In this document: piece after piece, positions 1-32,600 of the stretch | How the letters are laid out: every line of letters begins with the position of its first letter | How positions within the stretch are numbered: position 1 is the stretch's first letter | Assembly (NCBI GenBank): GCA_951804945.1 | Contig: OX638154.1 | Location: forward strand, 63,178,001-63,242,000 | Length of the DNA: 64,000 nt | Direction: 5' to 3' | From: Podarcis cretensis | Taxonomy: Eukaryota | The notes under the pieces: generated by a model | The model's database searches: none | What the model saw: the letters and a program-made list of their open reading frames with translations, nothing else | Told to the model about the DNA's origin: nothing | Translations under genes and position numbers: made by a program

Positions 1-251
1 TATTAATAAAAGATGTATCCAGAAAATGGAAATGTATCCTACGTCTAATACTACCCCAAGAACCTCTTCTCTTCCTGACAGAGTTGCTTGTAAAAGAATG
101 TTACATGCAAATACCTGTCACACTTTTGCTACAGAGGGTATATTAATTTCCAGGCAAAGCATTGAATTGCAGGCATTAGTAGAGCAAAATTAATTTATAC
201 ATGAATTAACAACTGATAAATATAGTTTCCCATCTTTTTTCTTTCTTTTAA

Positions 252-20650
<20,399 letters not shown>

Positions 20651-20883
20651 GTCAAAGTGCCAACCCGCAAAACTAATGACTAAAGCGAGGGGAAACCTTT
20701 TAATATTTTCATAGAACTATGTCTTAAATCATATGTAATGTGAGGTATAAATTGCTTTCTTATTTTATGTATTTGCTGGGGAAAGCCACACAAAAATGTT
20801 TACATGTCAATTTGTGCTGTTTCAGGAATGTGAATAGCCATTATTAAGAGAGGTTTGAAATGGACTCTTTGTCCTCTGTATGC

Positions 20884-20994
20884 AATAAAAGGGAAACATC
20901 ATACTTGATTATTTGTTGAAGATGGAAAGCTACTGGTACCTTGAAAACAATTAAGTAATATTTTGGCCACCTTTACTGGCTTATTTTGAATAAA
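20884..20994 (+). terminator. Candidate ALG6 polyadenylation signals (AATAAA at 20884..20889 and 20989..20994)
   Basis: Canonical hexamers about 235 and 340 nt after the stop codon. Confidence 0.5.
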
Positions 20995-23601
20995 ATTTCC
21001 AAATTAATTTAATAGTATGAGTTTCAGTTTAATGCACTTCAAATGAAATGTGTTGGGGATGCAGAACCATATTTTACGGCGTATCTTGTCTGTTGCTACT
21101 AAATGCTGTCTCTTCTAGCCTATTTGATTACATACATTAAGCTGCCTTGTACAATATTTCACTATTCTCTATGATATGCTTAAAATCATCAAGGCCACCG
21201 AACTAATATTCATGACTCAGTGTCATGGTTCATGCTTCCATGACAGTCTTATTTCAGTATTAACCTTTATACTAGCTAAAAGTCCATAACAAGAGTTCCA
21301 AGGCGCTGTTGTGGCCAACATTATTTTTAATGTACATCAACATGCAAACCTCCCAGCGATATGCAAATTTTATAACCAAAATAGCATTTTTAGTCTATAT
21401 GGATTCTAATTCTATAATTCTAATGCAGCAGATCTCTAAGAACTCAAATTGTGCAAAGTCCTTTTTCTGTAGCACTCTCTTGTAATAGTCTTGATATTTA
21501 ATAGCCTGCAATTCAAATATTGTTGGGTTTTTAAAAATGAAGTTATTGCACGAATTCAAATCCATTTGGAATTCTTTGGTGCTTGATGGTTGTTTCCATG
21601 CCATCTGCCTGCACTGACAAAAGTATACATGGCGTATAAAGAATTAGACCAATTTCTAGCAGCCACTTACGAAGACTTGACATTTCTGCTGTATTTGACA
21701 CATATTTATCATGGACATGAACAATTAGTTCATTGTTCCTAGCCAAACTCTTACATTCAATACACATTGATTTTGAGTATTCATTTTAAATACAAAATTC
21801 AACCAGCCTCTGATTTAATTTGATTTGTTGCCATATTTTAGCACCTTATTCAACAAGACACTATACACTTATCATCACATGCTTCTATTGCATGTCAGCT
21901 CCACCCAAATTTATTCCTTTCTGCTGTTCTGAAAACATGTACAGCAATAAGACAAAGCCCTCAAAATGGGATAAAGTGGTACTACATATTTCTGATACAG
22001 ATTTTCAGTTTGCAAGTACATGGTTTGGTTTGCTGCCATACAAAATGCAACATAATCTGAATGTAGCTCTTTACAAAGCTCAAGCTGCCTAGTATCTTGT
22101 GCCAGGAAGCCAAAATTCTGCATGCACAGTTACAATCTATTATGCAAACAAATGCTAATGATGTCCTTCCTCTCTATTTTCTAATGGCCCTGCTATGCTC
22201 TATGAAAATGACCAGAAGCTGAGAGCATAGGTTCAATCATGGGGACTTGAAATTAAAACATTGTGCTGGAATGTGAAGATTATTAAAAGTAAAGTTGCCA
22301 CAGAGCAGTAATACATAAATTATTGTATTAAAGGGAATGATATCTCACACCAATGAAACTTGTATTTTTCCTACAGTGAGCCTTCTAAGTCTCAAGTATA
22401 CAAACCCGTATAGACTTTCAAACTGTATCCTTTAAAGTTTTGTATATCAATCCATCAAAGGTCCAGTGTGCTGAAAGAAACTGCATGCATAAAATGTTTG
22501 TTTAGTTCCTGTCAGTCTATATCAAGCACTCCAGGTTCCCAATATTGGATCAAAGATTATACCAAACAGATGGTTGGCTCTGTCAGCCTGGATGGTGCAA
22601 TTGCCTCTCTTTTGGGTGTGCCCCAAATCCAGCCAAACTTCCTTCACTGTTGACCATCTGTTGGATGGCTTGTTGCTCAGATATGTGTGCAAAGAAACCC
22701 ACTGGTGTGTGCAATTTCCCCTGGAGTGGAGGCCCAGCGTTCCCATGCAATTTGGATATATTTATTGTGAACTGAAGAGGATAGCATGTGCTGAATGTGC
22801 AGCCTAGTCACACATAGTAATGAAAGTTAAATCCTAAGCAGCGAGTTGGATTCAGAGATGCCTTGCACCAGCAGGAACTGGTGTGTCGGGATAGTTGGCA
22901 GAACCTCCCCACTTCATCACAACAGTTCCCATGCTATCCTCTAGGATTCTCAGGGCTATGTAAGGGGAATTGCTGGGTGATGTTTCATGGACCAGGTAGG
23001 AAATCTCAATTTTCCAAACTGTTGTCTGGTTCCAACCCAATGTTTTATTGAATGATGACATTAACAATAGTCTGTTTCTACCCCATTCTTAAAGCTATTA
23101 GTGTGGTGATAGAGCTGATTCCCCCCCCCCCCCAATCTGGCAACCAATGTACTCCTTTGGTTTCAGATAATACATGAGTCTAAAAAGCCCAGGACACAAT
23201 TTTTACGGCCCTGATACTGATTTACCAGAAGTAATGCATGTAACATTAACTCTGCATGTGTATACTCAGTTCTGACCAAACTAAGCCTCCTAGCCTCCAC
23301 ATATGAAAGGGCTATCTTATCTATGGATCACTTCCACATTTCCCTTATTAAATACTACCAAGCTTAACTTTACTCCTTTCTCATAGCAGTTATTCCTCCC
23401 AAGAGGCATAGGTACCGCAACCACTGGAAAGCCAATTCAAAGTATGGAGCAACGTGGGCCTAGTGCCAGCCTTACCTCCCTCGGGTCTAGAGCCGCAGAT
23501 GGGAAAGAGCGGGCATATTCAGTCTCTAAAGTGCTATCAGCAACTGAACTGCTCCAAAATGAGGATTGTGTGGCTTTTCATTTACTTCATTAATTTGTTA
23601 A

Positions 23602-23969
23602 AAAGGTAAAGTAAAGGACACCTGACAGTTAAGTCCAGTCGTGAACGACTCTGGCGTTGCGGTGTTCATCTCGCTTTACTGGCCAAGGGAGCTGACATTT
23701 GCCTGCAGACAGTTTTTCCAGGTCATGTGGCCAGCATGACTAAGCAGCTTCTGGCGAAACCAGAGCAGCACACGGAAACGTCGTTTACCTTCCCGCCGGA
23801 GCGGTACCTATTTATCTACTTGCACTTTGACGTGCTTTCGAACTGCTAGGTTGGCAGGAGCAGGGACCGAGCAACGGGAGCTCACCCCGTCATGGGGATT
23901 TGAACCACCGACCTTCTGATTGGCAAGCCCTAGGCTCAGTGGTTTAGACCACAGCACTACCCGCATCCC
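23602..23969 (-). mobile_element. Sauria SINE, full length
   Basis: On the minus strand gggatgcgggtagtgctgtggtctaaacc...gccaacctagcagttcgaaagcacg...ttaactgtcagg..(ACCTTT) tail; similar to the copy at 47592. Confidence 0.9.
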
Positions 23970-26900
23970 AAATACAGTTTGGTAAAATATTTCTAAGATG
24001 TTGAAGCACTGCAAAAATCACTCAGGGAAGGAGAGTGTGAAACAGTCGCTCTTGCTGACAGAGCACTGATCTCACATTTCCATTAGCCATTTCTTCTGCT
24101 TGTAGTCATCAGAAGCCCGGAGCAAGTATTCCCCAGCATAGAAAAACATTAGTTTTATGTGTATCTCTTTTCTTTGTCCTTCAGATGGCCTTCAAGGGTG
24201 ATAAAGTGTGAGTTATCTGATCTACCTTATGTAGAACTAGGAAATGGTTCTTAACAGACCCAGCTGTTTCTGAAAAGAGAAAAAGCTTAGTACAAGTGGC
24301 TGAGAAGCAGTACTTTAATAGCCTTAGGCTGGAATTCTGAAGAAGCCTACAAGGGAGCAAGTCCCAAGGAAATCAGTAGAACTTACTTGTAAGTAAACAT
24401 GCTTGGGACCGAGTTATGATGCCGCAAACAAATGAAGAGGCAGCAGTGATGTTGCCCCAATAAAGTCCCTCAAACTGTGTAAGTGAAACTGACTAGCAAT
24501 TGCATCTTGAGAAGAAAAAGTCCCTCAACCTTTTCCTACTTAAAAGCATATGCATATATTTGAAGTAACTAGCACTGATAGTGAAATACCTTGAACTGAA
24601 ACCTGTACTCTTTACACTGAAATGTCTAAGCAAATCACTTTTTTAAAACAATTTGTCAACACCAAATTATCCTTCAAAAGTTTTATTCTATAAAAAGAAT
24701 TGTGACCCAATTATAGTTGACAACTTCAGTTTTGAAATTGGTACATGGCGAACAACTTATTACTGTCTGCTTGGTTGCAAAAAGCTGCTTGCATGGGCAG
24801 AAGGCACTTACATTCCACACTGGGAGCAAGGGCTCCACAATTTCTACCTGTTTGTCTCCCACCCCTTCTGCAGCTCCCAAACCTGTTGTATAGAGCCTTC
24901 TAACTTTTGGGGGATCAGAAGGGGACCCAGTGCAAAGCAAGAAGGAAAACCTCCCTATGTAGTGTCTTCAAACCATCATAAAGGGTATATATACAGAAGA
25001 GATGAGCAAGCACATTCTTAAGGCTCCACTCTTCGCTTACACTCAAAATGGTGAAGCTGGCATTTCAGTGTCAGTCATCTGAGAAGGTACATGCCTCAGC
25101 TTCACCACCACCTAAATTTCCATTAAAAATAATCTTTATGTTAAAAAGTTATTAAAGATGTACTTGGCCCTCTAAACATTCCAGCATAGTTACCATTTAT
25201 TTTGACTGAAACGTGATATCATTTGTGGATCTCAGTACATGCTAGGATAGGTTTTACTGATTCCTGTCCCTGCAGGTACTATTGCAAAGAAACATTAATC
25301 TCTATGGTGTTGCTTTTTAATGATTTTGCAGCATAAATTCAGGCACCACAAAGCAGAAGAACATACTGCTAGCTTTGCTAGCAGTGCAAAACTAAAGTTA
25401 TGTGGTGCTTTTGTAAACCAAAGTAACTAAAAAGGCATTGCAAATGTTGCATGTGAGGCACATAAGGTTTTGCTAGCAAAATGATGGTAGCGAGCCAAAG
25501 ATAGATAGAAAATTGCTTCCTTTTGGGTGTGCTGATAAGTTGCATAAACAATGCCCCGCATGTTGGCAAGCAATCTTCATTGTTTGTGGTCAAACTGGCA
25601 CTCCTTCAGAGAAAGCATGGAGCATATCATTACTGTGAAATTTACAGTTTGTTTGAAGGCCTGGGAAATAGTGTCCATCCTTAAGCACAGCTCTTCTTCC
25701 CAAAACATGAGGGGAAAGCTCACAGAGGCATTTTACCAAGGTGGGGCAAGCATAGGGGCCTGGTGCAGAAATTCAGCTTGTGCCGTTACCCATTTGCATA
25801 AAAGAGCTATGGAGAAGTGTATTATTTACATTGAGATTATCTGGTTGTGCAGATTGTAAAGTTTAAATTAGACGCAAGAAACTGTATCTAGATGTGCACC
25901 TGCCTAGTGCACTGAGCAATCCTTAGCTGGTATTTGCTGGGGAGATAGATTTACAGGCGTTTCTTTTCAACCTTTTAAGTAGGATCAGGCAGTTGTAGAA
26001 TCTTGCAGCCAAGCAGAATATATTCTTCAGATATGGCCTGTGTAGGTTAAAAAATGATTAAAATAAACGACAATTTTGGCATCCATGTTGCCCTTTGAAC
26101 ACACTATTTGTGGTTTAGCTCTAGCTTTCCTGTGTATATACAGAACACCTAGAAAACAAAATACCCCACTTCCTTGAAAGCATCCTGGATGTTAAAATAC
26201 AAATGCTTCCCAGTATTATTTTAGTTCACAATTTAACATGGGGCAACTTCATGTGTCAGCTTAATATCTCAAGGGACATATATAATGAAAAACCCCAAAT
26301 ACATTGATCTGGTTGCTATTACCAAGAGCCAGTTTAGAAAGCTTCAACCTACAAAGGATTTGTTTCCTGAAAGGAGGGATATAAAGGATTAGAATAAAGA
26401 AGTATAAACTTAGACATATTACATAGCATCCTTGGGTTTGAATATGTTCTCTGTTTTGTGACTATCTTTCAGCAAACTCCTGTTTCTTTCCTAGCTGCTC
26501 TGGAATAACGGGAGGTGATTTTTCTAATTAAGAAACATGCAAGAGCTTTGCCTTTTGTGTAACTGGCAGTTCATCAACTCATTATGCCAGCTGTGTTGGC
26601 TACAATTTTGGCTTCCATCGACCAAGTCTTAAGACTTCAGCTTGCTTTCCTGGCATGAGCATCCTAAAGGGTGGTGTCCATTAGCAAGCATCGAAAGGAG
26701 ACTGTGCATGCCCTCAATGTGCATGTAGCACCTCAGGAGGCGGGTGGGGAGGGGAAATGCTACACATAAGCACGTTACTTTTAGATGCTTGTGACAGATG
26801 CTAGAGAGTCTATTGCTGTGCTCGCTAGGTTTGGAGCCTCCTTGGTGCATTTTATGCCATGGAGCAAGAAGCCATATTAATGCACTGCTTTTCACATTCT

Positions 26901-27224
26901 TGCCGCCTGCCATAGCGCCAACGTTTCCCTTGGAGGAGCATGGCTGCTACTGCAAACCTGCACGGTCACCTAAGCAGTGTTGCAGGAGTGGCAACTCCTG
27001 GATCTTTCTGCAAGTCACCTCCATTCACCTGGAGGTACATGTCATAGGTCCAATCAGAGGGATGTGATTCTAAACTGATAGATCTTTCAACAGCTGGGTT
27101 CTTCTGCTCGCTGTATCTTGCAGAAAGACACTCTACTCTCTCTCAAGACTCACTGTACTTTTGAAATTATGAACCAAGAAGACTGGTGGGTGTAGGAGAT
27201 GGCTTTGGAGAGAGGACTCTAGAT

Positions 27225-27360
27225 CAGGGCTTCCAGAACTTGGGTCTTCAGCTGTTTTTTGACTAAAATTCCCATTATCCCTGACTACTGGTCCTGCTAG
27301 CTACGGATGATGGGAGTTGTAGTCCAAAAACAGCTGGAGACCCAAGTTTGGGGAACCCTG
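27225..27360. mobile_element. Palindromic hAT-type MITE
   Basis: Fold-back structure, CAGGG..CCCTG ends, 8-bp TSD ctctagat/atctaaat. Confidence 0.75.
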
Positions 27361-29628
27361 ATCTAAATGGTTAGTGGGCCAAGGTTAGCAGCAGTTTAGT
27401 AAATGAGGGTTAGAACTTAGAGAAGGTGGGAAACAGGAATAAGGGGGTAGAGGAGAAGGCCAGAAACAGATTCCTGTGGGAGAAAGCTGGAAGGGCAACG
27501 AAAGAGCTGCCTGTTTGGCAAGAGGTGAGGATTCATATTCTGATTTCAAAAGAACAGCCACATCTTTGTCTACAGGCAAAATTGCCATCATATCATGATA
27601 GTATGAAACCATTGATTAAAATAATTGAGCAATCATTAATTAAAATGCCATTTGGTAAAAGATATCCTGCAATCAACTTCTTCTTTTTTTAAAGGGAGTT
27701 CTGTAACAGCACAATTCATTGCACGCATATTCAGAAGTAAGCCTCACTAACTTCAGTGGAGTTTATTTCCATTTTCTAGATTATTTGAGGCATGATGGTG
27801 TCTTTTGTACTGTGGCAAGAACAAAGCAGCCATGTCTGTTCCCTCAGCAAAAAAATTGTGGTGCTTTGCAGCAATAAAAATAGCAGCATCTGTAGTATAC
27901 CATACAGCTAAGTATTTACTGTCCAATACCAGAATTTGCTGCAGTACTGCCAATATGGCAGTTGATGCTCAGAACCCAAGTCCCTTTTTTGCACTGTGTG
28001 TGTATAACAATGCAAACAGCACCAGGAATGCACAAGGGATGGCTTATGTTTGCTGCACTGAGATTGGGTCACCTGAGATTGAGCAGGAGTCCTTATTTTA
28101 TCACTGACTGACATTAAGAACCGCTAACAATTCTTTTTTCAAAACTTCTCATTCAGCTAATAATATAATGAAGGTGTTTGGAAGAGATGGCATCCTATCA
28201 GACACAACACTGGCCATGTGGAATGGGTGAAGGACCAGGTACTAGCTACAAAAAACAAATTTAAATGCAGCTAATGTAGATCTTAACACATGTGTGGAAA
28301 AACTGCAGATTTTATAAAAAGTGACAATCTGTAGGAGTCTGTAAACTCAGAAACAAGAGCCATACATTTTGATGGGCTTGTCATTTCCTTGACAAACATT
28401 TTCTAGCTTTGATTAGGGTTCTTGGCTGACATATTGGACAGGCTCAATGAACTTAATGTTTGCCTGCAAGGCAAGACCTGGAATATCTTCATTATGTTTC
28501 AGAAAGGATGGCATTCTTCTAAAAATTATGCTATGGAATAGCTCTGTGCAGCAAGATAATTTAATTTTGTTTGTCTGGGGACTTGTGTCCTAACCACACA
28601 TTCCTTGTCTACTTTAAGTCAAGGAACAGGATCTTGCTGCCCCCCACAACCCATCCTCTGGGCCACATGTTGCATACAATGCTGGAATGAAAAGGTCTAC
28701 AGGAGGAAAGTTCAGTATATGTAGACCCAGCTGATGCAATAGTTTTTCCTGCTCAAATAGTTGGGGAAAGAGTAGATCACACAAATCAGACCTACTCAAT
28801 TTAAATGGTGCATTAAACACCATTTTGTCACATGCAGCTTATGAATGTGGGGTGGCCCTTGGAGGAGGGTGTGGTGTTCATGTCCCACTGCACATAACTG
28901 CATGTTTTAAGATGAGCTGGGCTTTGGAAATGCCAGTACTCGAAAGTGAGAAACTTGTCTCATCTCGGGATTCAGCACACATATTCCTGGAGAAAAATGG
29001 CAATTAAAACAACATGATTTTAGTAGAGCTTCAGAGTAAATTTTGCCTTTGCGCAAGGGAACCTCGTCAAAGTTGGAAGTCATCCTATTTTGAGCAATTG
29101 TAAAATTACATCTCATGAGCTCTCAAGTAAACTAGAATTTCCTGAGCTAGCAAGAAACAAAAATGGTTCAAATACTTGCTAAGTTTGCTTTGATGCCGTG
29201 CCAAAAATAGAACGCATTTCATGTGGTATCATCCCAGCAAATATTTCTTTGGATGAATGAAAACACAAACAAAAAACTGTTTTGGAAAACATTCTGATAT
29301 ATAAACTTACACATGTGTGCTAAGTAATGCCTTTTGAAAGACATTATGTCTGAACTAGCCCAGCATATTGATTAATACACATTTTGGGAATTAAAGAATC
29401 ATCAGTTTGCAGAGAAAATATTAATAATTAACTCTCAGAGTCATTTACATTCAAATTAAGTGAACACCAGTGAAAATAGTTCCCCCCCCCCATTAATCAA
29501 GGGGTGCTAGAAATTAAGTTCCACAAATCTACCATTCCTCAAAAAGCTTCCAATAAACACATATATTTTAACTGTACTTTCAATTACAGACTTCAATCCT
29601 GTCTCTTAAACATGAAGATCTGCTCACC

Positions 29629-29681
29629 TCAGTTGATGAGGGACTTAAGGTACTCAAAGCTGTTGGCAGGTTGGAGATAGT
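29629..29681 (-). CDS. ITGB3BP: ITGB3BP exon 8 (DYLQPANSFEYLKSLIN*); exon ends 1 nt after the stop at 29628, followed by a 3'UTR intron
   Basis: tctttgttttacag acceptor; TGAG|gtgagc donor; SFEYLKSLIN* aligns with recalled mammalian SYEFLKAILN*. Confidence 0.92.
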
Positions 29682-32600
29682 CTGTAAAACAAAGAACATT
29701 TTTTTCCACATAACAAGAAAACCAATACAATTATATATTGCAGTTTATAATTACAGTATAGAAAATGAAAAATCTAACATAGTCACTGGACACAATCTAA
29801 CATGTAGTTGGGCCCACTGTTTTCATTGGGATGCATTCATCTTGTGGAACACAAATTGCTTTTAAACACAAGTTAATACAAATGTTGAAGATTTTATTTT
29901 AACAATAGGGACAAAAACAGAGGCTTACCCAAAAGGTTTCAGTGGGTTGTTAGAACTTCAAGCTCTTAGGATTTGGCAAGTTAAAAACTGAGGTAAGAAA
30001 GAACTCCAAGCCTACCACCAACACATTCTTCTGCTGACCATCAGGAAGCTACTTTTGTCAGGCATGTTGCTAGGTCAGCCTTACCCCAACGTGGTGCTCA
30101 ACAGATGTTCTGGACAACAACCCCTATAATCCCCAGCTAGTACAGGCCACAATTGGAGAGCATGAGAGCTTACAAGGTCCAAGGCATTTGAAGGACATAA
30201 GATTGGGGGGACTTGATGCTTGCTACTTTAACGGCCCTGTGGCTGAGGCCCATGACACAAGCTAATTTATATGTATAGGTATCCCTGGAGATTGCTTCTT
30301 GAGAGAAAAGCAATGACAAAACTAGACAGCATCTTAAAAAGCAGAGACATCACCCTGCCAACAAAGGCCCGTATAGTTAAAGCTATGGTTTTCCCAGTTG
30401 TGATATATGGAAGTGAGAGCTGGACTATAAAGAAGGCTGAAGAATTGATGCTTTTGAATTATGGTGCTGGAGGAGACTCTTGAGAGTCCCATGGACTGCA
30501 AGAAGATCAAACCTATCCACTCTTAAGGAAATAAGCCCTGAGTGCTCACGGGAAGGACAGATCCTGAAGCTGAGGCTCCAATACTTTGGCCACCTCATGA
30601 GAAGAGAGAAGTCCCTGGAAAAGACCCTGATGTTGGGAAAGATTGAGGGCACAAGGAGAAGGGGACGACAGAGGATGAGATAGTTTGACTGTGTTCTCGA
30701 AGCTACTAACATGAGTTTGACCAAACTGCGGGAGGCAGTGGAAGACAGGAGTGCCTGGCGTGCTCCGGTCCACGGGGTCACGAAGACACAACTAAGCAAC
30801 AACATCCCTGGAGAATGAAGATGGTAGTACTGGGGAACACTACTTTGCTTATGGGATGTGNNNNNNNNNNNNNNNNNNNNNNNNNNNNNNNNNNNNNNNN
30901 NNNNNNNNNNNNNNNNNNNNNNNNNNNNNNNNNNNNNNNNNNNNNNNNNNNNNNNNNNNNNNNNNNNNNNNNNNNNNNNNNNNNNNNNNNNNNNNNNGAC
31001 TCACCAACAAAGGTCCAGTCTTCTTGTCTATGTCTTGTCCTGTGTTTATTGTAACAATATCAGGCCCCACAGTGGGCTTCTTACCATTCCATTTTGCCCT
31101 TTCTCCAACAATGCAACAAGTTAGTCAAGATACTGGCTTTCCCAGGGTCTTACAGAGTGTTCAATGGTCAGTGGGGATTTGGGGTTACATAGGAAGCTCC
31201 TTATACCAAGTCAGACCGTTGGTCCATCTAAGTAAGTGTTGTAAATACTGTCCAGCAGCCAGGACTCTTTCCCAGCTCCAGCTGCAGATGCCAGGGATTC
31301 AGCCTGGGACCCTGGCCATGCTATGGATGCCCTCTTACCACTGAGCTACAGCCCTTCTTACAGATTCTGGTCACTGCACCACAGGGGCTTTGAGCTGAAT
31401 CAAAATCAACTGTGACGCTGTGTCACAGTTGACCTTAATCAACTTTGCCATTCAACTTCAAGAGACCTGCCCAGGTCAAGGGGCGTTACACAAGTCTTTC
31501 TAGAGAACCACCCTAATCTGCTTGTGCAAAGTGGGGGAGAATCTTCTGTTCCTCTACCCATCCACCAGCACAGTGAAAGGTCATGATCTAGTTGAAAGTT
31601 TACTCTCTTTTATGCATGTGTGTGCAAATTTAAATGCTTTAAACCATGAACAGCTCTAAAGTGGAGAGGGAGAGAGGAAAAAATGGCCACCTGTCTGGTG
31701 ATATAAAACCAATCTTCTCTTAAATGTGCCAGAATAATTTTTCTCCACCTCAACTACAGTTAAAACCTTCAGTCTATTCATTACTGTNNNNNNNNNNNNN
31801 NNNNNNNNNNNNNNNNNNNNNNNNNNNNNNNNNNNNNNNNNNNNNNNNNNNNNNNNNNNNNNNNNNNNNNNNNNNNNNNNNNNNNNNNNNNNNNNNNNNN
31901 NNNNNNNNNNNNNNNNNNNNNNNNNNNNNNNNNNNNNNNNNNNNNNNNNNNNNNNNNNNNNNNNNNNNNNNNNNNNNNNNNNNNNNNNNNNNNNNNNNNN
32001 NNNNNNNNNNNNNNNNNNNNNNNNNNNNNNNNNNNNNNNNNNNNNNNNNNNNNNNNNNNNNNNNNNNNNNNNNNNNNNNNNNNNNNNNNNNNNNNNNNNN
32101 NNNNNNNNNNNNNNNNNNNAATACGCAACAGTGTCTGTGNNNNNNNNNNNNNNNNNNNNNNNNNNNNNNNNNNNNNNNNNNNNNNNNNNNNNNNNNNNNN
32201 NNNNNNNNNNNNNNNNNNNNNNNNNNNNNNNNNNNNNNNNNNNNNNNNNNNNNNNNNNNNNNNNNNNNNNNNNNNNNNNNNNNNNNNNNNNNNNNNNNNN
32301 NNNNNNNNNNNTATTTGTAATGTCTGGATAGCAAGTTATTTACACCTCTTAAAATGTAATTGCTATTAAGTGACTCCAAACCAATGCACCTTTCCTTTTT
32401 TATTATTTAAAATAACTATTGTACGTCTCAAAGAAGACATATTTAGGAGTATTTATAGTAATGTACGAATTACTATACATAACACTTATATAATTAATAG
32501 TTTTCATTTCACCTGATATCTAATGTCAGGGTTTGGTTTTTTTGTAAAAAGCATTGTAGGAAGAGATCTGCAAGAAAAACGCGTTGTAAAAGTAATGCAT

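Noticed and set aside
30815-32379. ORFs full of X
   Set aside because: Artefacts of translating N gaps.
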